Assembly: GCA_035543875.1 (NCBI GenBank) | Contig: DATKIY010000217.1 | Location: 1-40,900, forward strand | Reading direction: 5' to 3' | DNA: 40,900 bases | From: Actinomycetes bacterium | GTDB lineage: Bacteria > Actinomycetota > Actinomycetes > JAHEKZ01 | Shown: piece by piece, positions 17,039 through 25,688 of the stretch | Position numbering within the stretch: position 1 is the first letter of the stretch | How the letters are laid out: each line of letters begins with the position of its first letter | Notes under the pieces: model-generated | Seen by the model: the letters and a program-made list of their open reading frames with translations, nothing else | Told to the model about the DNA's origin: nothing | Database searches by the model: none | Translations under genes and position numbers: made by a program

Positions 17039-17545
17039 ATGACGCACGCTTCGACGACGCGCGGTGTGGTGTTCATCCACTCAGCGCCCGCAGCGCTGTG
17101 CCCGCATGTGGAATGGGCGATCGCCGGGGTGTTGGGCGCAGAAGCCAGTCTGGAGTGGATACCGCAGCCGGCTCAGACCGCCTGCTACCGCGCCGAGCTG
17201 AGTTGGCAGGGCGCATCGGGGACCGGCGCCAAACTCGCTTCCGCCATGCGTGGTTGGCAGCACCTGCGCTATGAGATCACCGAAGAGCCGAGCGCTGGTT
17301 TTGAAGGTGAGCGCTACTCCTACACCCCGAGCCTTGGAATTTTCCACGCGGTCATGGGTGTCCACGGCGACATCGTCGTGCCTGAGGATCGACTTCGGTT
17401 CGCGATGCTCGAGGCCGAAGACGGTGGGCCGGCGCTACCGATTGCGCTGGAACAACTCATGGGTAAGCCATGGGACGACGAACTTGAAACCTTCCGCTAC
17501 GCCGGTGACGGTGCGCCGGTCCGTTGGCTGCATCAGGTGATCTAG
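17039..17545 (+). CDS. DUF3145 domain protein (conserved actinobacterial, commonly next to fab genes)
   Basis: ORF 16976..17545, trimmed to ATG 17039 after an AAAGGAGG RBS. It reads MTHASTTRGVVFIHSAPAALCPHVEWAIAGVLG...LSWQG...RYEITEEPS. Confidence 0.75.
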   Translation: MTHASTTRGVVFIHSAPAALCPHVEWAIAGVLGAEASLEWIPQPAQTACYRAELSWQGASGTGAKLASAMRGWQHLRYEITEEPSAGFEGERYSYTPSLGIFHAVMGVHGDIVVPEDRLRFAMLEAEDGGPALPIALEQLMGKPWDDELETFRYAGDGAPVRWLHQVI

Positions 17546-17691
17546 GGCATTCGGTGAGCTCGGGCAGAGCTAAGGCAACGCCAAGCAATGGGAGGAACGT
17601 TCGAACCACAGACTGCATCAGGCGCGTCTAGCCGATCGACAGCCTGATGTGCTGACCGGACAGCTCCCCTTCCCAAGTCCGGTCGCGATAA

Positions 17692-17719
17692 GGCCCCCCT
17701 CGTCCGCACGAGGGGGGCC
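17692..17719. terminator. GC-rich perfect hairpin between convergent genes (candidate bidirectional terminator)
   Basis: GGCCCCCCTCGT-CCGC-ACGAGGGGGGCC forms a 12-bp perfect stem with a 4-nt loop. It lies in the 246-bp gap between the 3' ends of DUF3145 (+) and accD6 (-). There is no clear U-tract, as is common in actinobacteria. Confidence 0.6.
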
Positions 17720-17791
17720 CTCGCACATCCCCGTGAACCAAGGGATGATTTTTCGCCGAATTCTGACTGAACCCTTCGATCACAGGGGCGG

Positions 17792-19243
17792 TCAGAGCGG
17801 GATGTTGCCGTGGCGGCCGCGTAGCGGGGCCGCAGCCACGATCGCTGCCGCGATGGCCGACCGAGTGCGGTCAGGAGACACGACCTCGTCGACGACGCCG
17901 AGCTCCTTGGCCTTGTCGAGGCCACCCGCGATCAGCTCATGCTCGTCAGCAAGCTCCTGCTCCATCTCGGCCCGCATGTCCTCAGGAAGCTCGGCGAGCC
18001 GTCGGCGATGCAGGATGCGGACAGCGGCGATGGACCCCATGACGGCAACCGTGGCTTGCGGCCAGGCGAAGACCTTGGTGGCACCGAGTGCCCGTGAGTT
18101 CATAGCGATGTAGGCGCCGCCGTAAGCCTTGCGGGTCACGACAGTTACTCGCGGAACGACAGCCTCGGCAAACGCGTGCAGCAGTTTGGCGCCACGACGC
18201 ACGACGCCGTCCCACTCCTGACCAACACCGGGAAGGTAGCCGGGCACATCGACAATGACCACTAGTGGAATACCGAAGGCGTCGCACATGCGGACGAAGC
18301 GCGAGGCCTTCTCGGCCGAAGGTGAGTCGAGACACCCACCGAGCCGCAACGGGTTGTTGGCGATAACGCCAACTGTGCGACCACCCAACCGTCCCAGTGT
18401 TGTCACGATGTTGGGCGCCCACCGTTCATGCAGTTCGACGCTGGTGTCGGGGTCGAGCATGCCGGCTACCAACGGGTGCACGTCGTACGCGCGCTTGGCT
18501 GATTCCGGGAGGTGACCGGACAGATCGACGTCGACAATCTCAGTCGTTGCCTCTAGCTCGCCCTGAGTGCCGAGCAACCGGGTAAGCGCTCGAGCTTTTG
18601 AAAGAGCTTCTTCGTCGCTGTCGGTGGTGATGTGGACGACACCACTACGTCGACCGTGTGGTTCTGGCCCGCCAAGCCGTTCCATGTTGACGTCTTCACC
18701 CGTGACAGAGCGAACAACCTCTGGACCGGTGACGAAGACTCTGCCGTTGGGACCGAGAATGACGATGTCGGTGAGAGCTGGACCGTATGCCGCACCGCCA
18801 GCCGCAGCGCCTAGGACGACGGAGATCTGCGGGATTCGTCCGGACGCCCGCGTCATGATGTTGAACACCTCGCCCACCGCATGCAGTGAGACGACGCCTT
18901 CAGCCAGCCGCGCCCCACCCGAGTGCCACAACCCAATGATGGGGACGTCGTCAGCCAAGGCACGGGCGTAGGCGGCCAGAATGACTTTGCATCCTTCGGC
19001 GCCCATCGCGCCGCCCATAATGGTGGCGTCGGAGGCGAAGGCAACCGCGTGTGACCCATTGACGATTCCGTGTCCGGCGAGCATGCCCGAGTCGCCGTCG
19101 GCGGTGAGTTGGACGAACGTGCCGGCGTCGAAGAAAGCAGTAAGACGCTTCTTTGGATTGCGTGGATCGTCCGCTCGGTCGATCTTTGGCTTCTTCGCCG
19201 CTGTTGTAACAGCAGGACCCTTCGCCGGTTCGGTGACCGTCAC
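17792..19243 (-). CDS. accD6: acyl-CoA carboxylase carboxyltransferase beta subunit (AccD6-like)
   Basis: 483-aa carboxyltransferase-domain protein at the end of the fab operon. GTGA start/stop overlap with fabF (19240-19243). Same position as accD6 in the mycobacterial fasII operon. Confidence 0.85.
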   Translation of the reverse strand: MTVTEPAKGPAVTTAAKKPKIDRADDPRNPKKRLTAFFDAGTFVQLTADGDSGMLAGHGIVNGSHAVAFASDATIMGGAMGAEGCKVILAAYARALADDVPIIGLWHSGGARLAEGVVSLHAVGEVFNIMTRASGRIPQISVVLGAAAGGAAYGPALTDIVILGPNGRVFVTGPEVVRSVTGEDVNMERLGGPEPHGRRSGVVHITTDSDEEALSKARALTRLLGTQGELEATTEIVDVDLSGHLPESAKRAYDVHPLVAGMLDPDTSVELHERWAPNIVTTLGRLGGRTVGVIANNPLRLGGCLDSPSAEKASRFVRMCDAFGIPLVVIVDVPGYLPGVGQEWDGVVRRGAKLLHAFAEAVVPRVTVVTRKAYGGAYIAMNSRALGATKVFAWPQATVAVMGSIAAVRILHRRRLAELPEDMRAEMEQELADEHELIAGGLDKAKELGVVDEVVSPDRTRSAIAAAIVAAAPLRGRHGNIPL

Positions 19244-20505
19244 GAGGTGCTCCGGAATGCGAGGGCAACATTGTGGCCGCCGAAGCCGAAGGAGTTGTTC
19301 AGTGCGATCGCGCCCGGGAAGCGATCAGCCGCGAGTTTGCGCGCCTGCCCGGCAACGATGTCGAGTTTGACCTCTGGGTCGAGGTTGTCGAGGTTGATAG
19401 TGGGCGGCACGATGCGCTCGTACAACGCGAGAACGCATGCCATCGACTCGACGGCCCCGGCCGCTCCAAGCAAGTGGCCGGTCATCGACTTAGTCGAAGT
19501 AACAGCAACTTCAGAGGCGGCGTCTCCAAGCGCGGTGTGAATCGCCAGCGCCTCCGCGAGGTCGCCTTGCGGCGTGCTGGTGCCGTGGGCGTTGATGTGA
19601 ACCACATCGGCTGGAGAGCTACCAGCATCGTCCAAAGACATCCGCATGGCACGCGTTGCGCCTTTGCCCTCAGGATCTGGCTGAGCGATGTGGTGACCGT
19701 CGGCGGTAATTCCGGCCCCTGCCACCTCGGCGTAGACGCGCGCCCCACGAGCCTCAGCGTGTTCCGCGGTCTCCAACACCAGCACGGCAGCGCCTTCACC
19801 GAAGACAAACCCGTCACGTTCGGTGTCCCACGGTCGCGAGGCTGCCGCTGGGTCGTCGTTTCGCTTGCTCAAGGCGCGCATGGCAGCGAACGCCGCCAAG
19901 GGGAGCGGATGGATGCACGCTTCGGTACCGCCAACTACGACGACGTCGGCACGCCCGCTTCGGATCATCTGCAAGCCCTGCGCGACGGCTTCCGCACCCG
20001 ACGCACACGCCGACACCGGTGTGTGGACACCCGCACGTGCGCCCAACTCGAGTCCAACGATTGCCGCTGGACCGTTGGGCATAAGCATCGGGATGGTGTG
20101 CGGACTAACTCGGCGCGGACCAGACTCGCGCAGCACGTCCCACTGACCGAGGAGCGTGAGGGCCCCACCGATGCCAGTGGCAATGCTGACGGCGAGGCGC
20201 TCAGGGTCGACCGTAGGACTGCCAGCGTCCTGCCACGCTTCGCGGGCCGCGATGAGCGCGAGTTGTTGAGTGCGGTCGAGCTTGCGCGCTTCGACTCGAT
20301 CCAACGCGTCCATGGGGTCGACTGCTGCCGACGCCGCAAATGTCACCGGCAACTCCGACGCCCACTCCTGGGTGAGTGAGCGAACGCCGGAGCGACCGGC
20401 CAGTAAGCCTTCCCAGGTCGACGTGACATCGCCGCCGACCGGCGTCGTAGCGCCAAGCCCGGTGACAACGACCGTCGAATCGTCCGACCTGGAGGAGCTC
20501 GCCAT
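19240..20505 (-). CDS. fabF: 3-oxoacyl-ACP synthase II (KAS II / KasA-like)
   Basis: Active-site Cys in PVSACASGAEAV. His motifs INAHGTSTPQGD and KSMTGHLLGAAG. C-terminal NSFGFGGHN. Confidence 0.92.
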   Translation of the reverse strand: MASSSRSDDSTVVVTGLGATTPVGGDVTSTWEGLLAGRSGVRSLTQEWASELPVTFAASAAVDPMDALDRVEARKLDRTQQLALIAAREAWQDAGSPTVDPERLAVSIATGIGGALTLLGQWDVLRESGPRRVSPHTIPMLMPNGPAAIVGLELGARAGVHTPVSACASGAEAVAQGLQMIRSGRADVVVVGGTEACIHPLPLAAFAAMRALSKRNDDPAAASRPWDTERDGFVFGEGAAVLVLETAEHAEARGARVYAEVAGAGITADGHHIAQPDPEGKGATRAMRMSLDDAGSSPADVVHINAHGTSTPQGDLAEALAIHTALGDAASEVAVTSTKSMTGHLLGAAGAVESMACVLALYERIVPPTINLDNLDPEVKLDIVAGQARKLAADRFPGAIALNNSFGFGGHNVALAFRSTS

Positions 20506-20508
20506 GGT

Positions 20509-20754
20509 TCAGGCACCCGCCTGCTGGATGTACGAGACAGCGTCTCCAACCGTGCGCAGATCCTTGACATCGTCGTCCGGAATCTTCACGCCGAACTTCT
20601 CTTCGGCCGCGACGACTACCTCGACCATGGAGAGTGAGTCGATATCGAGATCGTCGGTGAACGACTTGTCGAGCTGGACGTTGTCGACGGGAACGCCGGC
20701 AACCTCGTTGACGATCTCGGCGAGGCCGCCGAGAACTTCCTGCTGATCCGCCAT
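20509..20754 (-). CDS. acpP: acyl carrier protein
   Basis: 81 aa with the phosphopantetheine site DLDIDSLSMVEVV. Confidence 0.92.
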   Translation of the reverse strand: MADQQEVLGGLAEIVNEVAGVPVDNVQLDKSFTDDLDIDSLSMVEVVVAAEEKFGVKIPDDDVKDLRTVGDAVSYIQQAGA

Positions 20755-20873
20755 CGGAACTCCTTGTTTTCGTTACTTGCTATCTGACCGAACGTTTTCC
20801 TTGTTTAGTTGAAGTCTCGTGCGGTAGTGCGTCCTGCTCTGGTGAAGCAGCTGATTACTCGCTGGTTTGGTTG

Positions 20874-21878
20874 CTAAGGAAGTACCACGACCTGGGCTGA
20901 GTAGACCAGACCCGCACCAAAGCCAATCAGCAAGGCGAGGTCGCCACTTTTTGCCTGTCCGGTCTCTAGCATGCGCGCCATCGCCAGGGGGATGGACGCT
21001 GCTGAGGTATTTCCGGTCTCGGCAATATCCCGCGCGACGGAGACTGACGACGGAAGCGAGAGCTGCTTGATCATGGCGTCGGTGATGCGCATGTTGGCCT
21101 GGTGAGGGATGAACGCGTCGAGCTGGTCGACGGTGATTCCTGCTGCGTCGAGTGCCTGCTGAGCCACCTTCGACATCTCGAACACTGCCCAACGGAAGAC
21201 CTGCTGTCCGCTCATCTGCAGCGAAGGAAAGGCGTGGCCGGGTTCGTCGCGCAGCGTGGTCCAAAAGACGTCTTGCATGATCGCGTCAGCTTGGGCACCG
21301 TCAGATCCCCAGACGACAGGACCAATTGCTGGCTCGTCCGACGGTCCTACGACGACGGCTCCCGCTCCGTCGCCGAAGATGAACGCGATGCTGCGGTCGT
21401 TGGGGTTGACCATGTCGGAGAGCTTCTCGACGCCGACGACCAGCACATGGTGTGCGCTGCCGCCGCGGATCATGTCCTGCGCGAGGCTGAGCCCATAGCT
21501 AAAACCTGCGCACGCAGCACTGATATCGAATGCAGCAGGCTCGTTCGTCCCCAGTCTGAACGCAAGTTCGGCGGCAGCTGAGGGTGTTTGCGTGAGATGT
21601 GTGACCGTTCCTACGATCACGGCGTCAATCTGGTCGACACTCACGCCGGACGCGGCGATCGCTTTCTCTGAGGCTGCCACCGACATCTCAACCACACCCT
21701 CATCTGGGGCGGCGAAGTGTCGCGTGACGATTCCGGAGCGTTCTCGGATCCACTCGTCAGAGGAGTCGATGTGCTCGATAATTTCGGCGTTGGTGACGAC
21801 GCGTGACGGGCGATACCCACCAACGCCGAGGATTCGCGCGTACGCGGCGCCGGGACGTGGTTCAAGCCGTCCACTCAT
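20874..21878 (-). CDS. fabH: 3-oxoacyl-ACP synthase III
   Basis: DISAACAGFSYGL (Cys), IPHQANMRI (His) and GNTSAASIPLA (Asn). ATGA overlap with the fabD stop (21875-21878). Confidence 0.92.
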   Translation of the reverse strand: MSGRLEPRPGAAYARILGVGGYRPSRVVTNAEIIEHIDSSDEWIRERSGIVTRHFAAPDEGVVEMSVAASEKAIAASGVSVDQIDAVIVGTVTHLTQTPSAAAELAFRLGTNEPAAFDISAACAGFSYGLSLAQDMIRGGSAHHVLVVGVEKLSDMVNPNDRSIAFIFGDGAGAVVVGPSDEPAIGPVVWGSDGAQADAIMQDVFWTTLRDEPGHAFPSLQMSGQQVFRWAVFEMSKVAQQALDAAGITVDQLDAFIPHQANMRITDAMIKQLSLPSSVSVARDIAETGNTSAASIPLAMARMLETGQAKSGDLALLIGFGAGLVYSAQVVVLP

Positions 21879-23059
21879 GAGTTGACCTCATGGGGGTGTA
21901 AGCGCACGACCGGTTGTCCTGGGCCGACCGGGTCGCCATCTTCGGCCAACCACTCAACGATCGTTCCACCGTGCGGCGCAACGATGGGTTGCTCATCGCG
22001 GTTGGTGACGATGCGCCCAACGAGCGCACCGGACTCAAGGTCATCGCCAACCTTGACGTCCGCGTGGTGGAACATGCCTTTGGCTGGGGCGACCAACATG
22101 CGCCAGCTCGGTGTGGTCGACATGGGGCTGGGGCTGCCGTGGCGTTCGACCAGGTCGCGCGCGGCCTCGATGTCGTCAGGGGTCTTGAGCGCGACGATCT
22201 CAATGCCCGGTAGTGAGCGCTTAGCCAGGCCGGCGAGTGTTCCGGCTGGTGGCACCTCGATCAGTGCAGTAACGCCGAGCTCGCTCATGGTTCGCATGCA
22301 GAGATCCCAGCGCACCGGATTGCTGACCTGCAGGACGAGTCGTTTGAGATACTCACGACCACTTTGCACCACGGCGCCGTCTGCGTTCGACAGTAGGCGA
22401 GTGCGCGCGTCGTGAGTAGACACGGCCTTGGCATACGAGCCGAGCACCTCGACGGCGGGTTGCATGTAGTGAGTGTGGAACGCGCCAGCGACTGATAGTG
22501 GTCGCAGTCGTGCGCCCTCTGGCGGGTCGTCGTGAAACGCCGCCAAATCCGTTTCGCTCCCAGCAGCGACGATTTGCCCGCCGCCGTTGTTGTTTGCGGC
22601 AGTTAGGTTGTGCTTTTCGATGCTTGCCTGCACAACGTCGGGGTCGCCGCCGAGCACGGCTGTCATTCCGGTCTTGGTTGCGGCCGCGGCTGTGGCCATG
22701 GCCTTTCCACGTTCGCGAACGAACACCATCGCCTGCTCGGCGGAGATGACGCCAGCGGCGGCGGCCGCTGTAATTTCGCCGACGGAGTGACCGGCGCCGA
22801 TCCCGACCAACTTGAACGCGTCGGTGGGGTGGGGGAAGAGACTAAGAAGTGAGACCAGTCCGGCGCCCACCAGAAGTGGCTGCGCAATGGCCGTGTCTCT
22901 TATCTCGTCCGCGTCGGCCTTGGTGCCGTAGTGAATGAGATCGAGGTTGGCGCAGGCGGACAGCCATCGAAGTCGATCTTCGAACCCGGGTAGTTCGAGC
23001 CAGGGTTGGAGGAAGCCAGGGGTCTGAGCGCCCTGTCCTGGCGCGACGATGACAAGCAC
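21875..23059 (-). CDS. fabD: malonyl-CoA:ACP transacylase fused to a C-terminal biotinyl/lipoyl-like domain lacking the modifiable Lys
   Basis: aa 1 to about 305 carry APGQGAQ and the GHSVGE nucleophile elbow. aa about 320-389 (MLVAPAKGMF...GRIVTNRDEQPIVAPHGGTIVEWLAEDGDPVGPGQPVVRL) resemble a BCCP domain. GTG start after an AAGGTGGG RBS. Confidence 0.88.
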   Translation of the reverse strand: MLVIVAPGQGAQTPGFLQPWLELPGFEDRLRWLSACANLDLIHYGTKADADEIRDTAIAQPLLVGAGLVSLLSLFPHPTDAFKLVGIGAGHSVGEITAAAAAGVISAEQAMVFVRERGKAMATAAAATKTGMTAVLGGDPDVVQASIEKHNLTAANNNGGGQIVAAGSETDLAAFHDDPPEGARLRPLSVAGAFHTHYMQPAVEVLGSYAKAVSTHDARTRLLSNADGAVVQSGREYLKRLVLQVSNPVRWDLCMRTMSELGVTALIEVPPAGTLAGLAKRSLPGIEIVALKTPDDIEAARDLVERHGSPSPMSTTPSWRMLVAPAKGMFHHADVKVGDDLESGALVGRIVTNRDEQPIVAPHGGTIVEWLAEDGDPVGPGQPVVRLHPHEVNS

Positions 23060-23125
23060 GTGCCCACCTTGGTCGACGTTGCGGGTGATCCGTGTACCGG
23101 CCGCGACGACGTTGCGACCAGGGAT

Positions 23126-23142
23126 TTGTAGGAATCCTACAA
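23126..23142. promoter_or_regulatory. perfect palindrome TTGTAGGA-A-TCCTACAA upstream of fabD (candidate FasR/MabR operator)
   Basis: 8-1-8 perfect inverted repeat in the 77-bp fasR-fabD gap. It is centred 75 bp upstream of the fabD GTG and overlaps the fasR stop codon. A related copy lies at 24364-24380. Confidence 0.5.
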
Positions 23143-24321
23143 CCGGGGCCGCGGTCGGTCGTCGAGGCGACCCAGCGTGAGGGCCACCTTGAGGGTAAAT
23201 GCGTCGCGTGGCTCGGTGGGTGTGCGGCCGCAGACCTCCGCGATTCGGCGCATCCGGTAGCGCACGGTGTTGGTGTGCACGAACAACTGACGAGCTGCGC
23301 CCTCGAGCGACGGTGACTGTTCGAGTACAGCTGCGGCCGTGTCCAGCAGGCCACCTCCGGCTTCAACGAGGGGGCGGTAGACCTGCTCGACGAGTCGGCG
23401 GCGGGCTTCTTCGTCTCCGTCGAGGGCTCGTTCGGGGAGGAGCTGATCTGAGGAGACGGGCCGCGGCGCATCGGGCCATGCTGCCGCCGCGCGAAAGCCG
23501 GACAACGCGGCCGATGCTGATCCCGGAGCGGCTGACAGGTCCGGGACCACTGGTCCCACGACGACCGGTCCGGAACCGAAGGCCGTTGCAAGCTGCGCGG
23601 CGGCTGGCAGTGGGTCGACGCTTTGGCCGAGGTCGCCGCCGAAGACCGCAACCAGCTCGTGGCCATGAACGCCAGTGACCACGTCGAGGCCAGCGTGCCT
23701 GGACGCTCGGCGCAGTGCGTCGACCACGGTTGCAGCGGTGGCATCAGGGGTCTGACCTGCAACGGCGAACACGTGCGGTGAGGCACGCCAGCCAAGTGCC
23801 GCGGCCCGTGAACGTACTTCGTCATCGAACTCGCCGCGTAACAATGAGTCGGCCAACAGTGCTTCTAACCTCGCGTCCCAGGCGCCCCGCGCCTCGGCGG
23901 CTCCCGCGTAAACCTCTGCCGCTGCGAATGCCACCTCACGCGCGTAGACAAGTACAGACTCACGAAGCTGGCTTTCGTCTCCTGGTGCGGCGAGTTCTGC
24001 GCTGCGTTCCTCGACCACCTCGATGGTGACGCGAACCAGTTCCACCGTTTGTTGCAGCGAGACAGCGCGAGTGAGCTCGCGGGGTGCTGAGCCAAACACG
24101 TCAGCGGTGATGGTGCGTGCTGCCTCAGGGCGGCCGTACCACTCAACGAATGCGCCGATACCCGCTTGCGCTACCAAGGTGATCCACGAACGGTCCTCGG
24201 CTGCCATTCCGCGAAACCAGGGGAGGGTTGCTTCCATGCGGGTCATAGCTTCGCTGGCCAGGTCGCCGGATGCCCGTTCCAATCGACGAACGGTCGCGGC
24301 ACTTGCTCGGGCAGTCGGCAC
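23137..24321 (-). CDS. fasR: PucR-family transcriptional regulator, FasR/MabR-like (regulator of the fab operon)
   Basis: 394 aa with a C-terminal PucR-type HTH (LFVHTNTVRYRMRRIAEV). It lies immediately upstream of fabD, as do S. coelicolor FasR and M. tuberculosis MabR (Rv2242). GTG start at 24319-24321; the start is uncertain. Confidence 0.75.
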   Translation of the reverse strand: MPTARASAATVRRLERASGDLASEAMTRMEATLPWFRGMAAEDRSWITLVAQAGIGAFVEWYGRPEAARTITADVFGSAPRELTRAVSLQQTVELVRVTIEVVEERSAELAAPGDESQLRESVLVYAREVAFAAAEVYAGAAEARGAWDARLEALLADSLLRGEFDDEVRSRAAALGWRASPHVFAVAGQTPDATAATVVDALRRASRHAGLDVVTGVHGHELVAVFGGDLGQSVDPLPAAAQLATAFGSGPVVVGPVVPDLSAAPGSASAALSGFRAAAAWPDAPRPVSSDQLLPERALDGDEEARRRLVEQVYRPLVEAGGGLLDTAAAVLEQSPSLEGAARQLFVHTNTVRYRMRRIAEVCGRTPTEPRDAFTLKVALTLGRLDDRPRPRL

Positions 24322-24363
24322 GACAGCAGCGTAGGCAGGAGGTGGTTTGCTTCGCTGGACGGG

Positions 24364-24380
24364 TTGTGGATCACCTACAA
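24364..24380. promoter_or_regulatory. imperfect copy of the fabD-proximal palindrome (TTGTGGAT-C-ACCTACAA) upstream of fasR
   Basis: It begins 43 bp upstream of the fasR start, in the divergent fasR/pirin intergenic region. It shares TTGT.GG...CCTACAA with 23126-23142. Confidence 0.4.
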
Positions 24381-24503
24381 CGACTCAGTGCCGGTTTTTG
24401 CCGTCGCTAGGGTGGATTTGGGAACAGAATCCGGAGCGCGAGGCGTTGCTCAGGGGCCGCGCAGGCACCGGCCCTGGCGGATTGGCAGATGAGGAGCCGC
24501 TCC

Positions 24504-25265
24504 ATGACGACGGTCGATATTCGTCGCTCCGACCAGCGATTTGCAACCAACCTTGGTTGGCTGGACTCGCATCACAGTTTTTCGTTCGGCGGTCACTACG
24601 ACCCGAAGAACACGCACTTTGGACTGTTGCTCGTGAGTAACGACGATGTGGTTGATCCTGGCACCGGCTTTGAAACCCACCCCCATCGCGACATGGAGAT
24701 AGTCACCTGGGTCCTTGATGGCGGACTCGTGCATCAGGACTCGCAGGGCCATAACGGCGTCATCTATCCGGGTTTGGCGCAGCGGATGAGTGCTGGCACC
24801 GGAATCTTGCACAGCGAGAAGAATGACTCGTGGCGACTCACAGGCGAGGCCACCCACGACGACCCCGTTCACTTCGTGCAGATGTGGGTAGTGCCAGATG
24901 AGCGTGGAATCACGCCAGGGTACGAGCAACTCGACATCGGAACTGAGCTTGCCGGCGGTGGGCTCGTCCCAGTGGCGTCGGGGATGACCCGACACGAAGA
25001 CTCATCGGCGATAACCATTCACAACCGACACGCTGCTTTGCTAGCGGCGCGGCTTGCTCCCGGCGCAGTCGTCGACATCCCCACCGCGCCGTTCGTCCAC
25101 CTCTACGTTGCACGAGGCACCGTCGACCTCGAAGGCGTCGGTCAGTTGGAAGCGGGGGACGCGGCGCGAATCTCAGCCAGTGAGGGACAACGCCTGTCAG
25201 CCAAGACAGACGACACCGCAGATGCGGAAGTCCTTATCTGGGAGATGCACGCCACCCTCACCTAA
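24504..25265 (+). CDS. pirin family protein
   Basis: ORF 24489..25265, trimmed to ATG 24504 after a GAGGAG RBS. Cupin metal motif HPHRDMEIVTWVLDG...H.D. Confidence 0.85.
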   Translation: MTTVDIRRSDQRFATNLGWLDSHHSFSFGGHYDPKNTHFGLLLVSNDDVVDPGTGFETHPHRDMEIVTWVLDGGLVHQDSQGHNGVIYPGLAQRMSAGTGILHSEKNDSWRLTGEATHDDPVHFVQMWVVPDERGITPGYEQLDIGTELAGGGLVPVASGMTRHEDSSAITIHNRHAALLAARLAPGAVVDIPTAPFVHLYVARGTVDLEGVGQLEAGDAARISASEGQRLSAKTDDTADAEVLIWEMHATLT

Positions 25266-25346
25266 AAGTTGACCAAGCAAGTCGCACCGGAGACGTCCGT
25301 CTGTTGGGCTAGCAGACCAACCGGGCTTTGCGCCGATCTCTTAAGC

Positions 25347-25688
25347 ATGCGCGAGGTAAAGGACACGTCCGCAGCAATTCAAAGTGACGAGCCAAGTTTT
25401 GAGCGACCAGGGGCGGAGCTGAGGAATCCACAACGGTTCGCTCGCGCAGAAATCCGACCGGAGCCAGCCGAGTGGGAGCCGTATTACGGCGTGCGGTTTG
25501 GGCGAAACGCTCGAATCCTGCTGTCGGTCTTGCTGCTTGGGCCGGCCGCATTCTTGGCACTGGGCGGCACCATCTTGTTTCTCTGGGGCACAAATCCGAT
25601 GGTGGGAATCCTCTTTTTGGCGATGCTGGTGCCCGTATGGCCGTTTGCCCGTATGGCGTTCCGAGACCTCTGGCGCCCAAGCGACTAG
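25347..25688 (+). CDS. hypothetical membrane protein
   Basis: ORF 25269..25688. Two hydrophobic segments (ILLSVLLLGPAAFLALGGTILFLW and VGILFLAMLVPVWPF). The start is uncertain, either TTG 25269 or ATG 25347. Confidence 0.4.
   Translation: MREVKDTSAAIQSDEPSFERPGAELRNPQRFARAEIRPEPAEWEPYYGVRFGRNARILLSVLLLGPAAFLALGGTILFLWGTNPMVGILFLAMLVPVWPFARMAFRDLWRPSD

Noticed and set aside
17546-17791. A small minus-strand ORF (about 51 codons, GTG start) downstream of accD6, as a possible AccE-like epsilon subunit.
   Set aside because: It runs straight through the 12-bp GC hairpin at 17692-17719, has no resemblance to the epsilon subunits I remember, and has poor codon bias.
22842-23825. Long ORFs antisense to or off-frame with real genes (for example 22842..23825, 29659..30537, 16364..17080, 19273..20379, 12295..12828, 33604..34344).
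   Set aside because: These are typical stop-codon-poor frames of GC-rich DNA. Their products are Arg/Pro/Ser/Gly-rich without motifs, and each is fully covered by a gene with clear family signatures.
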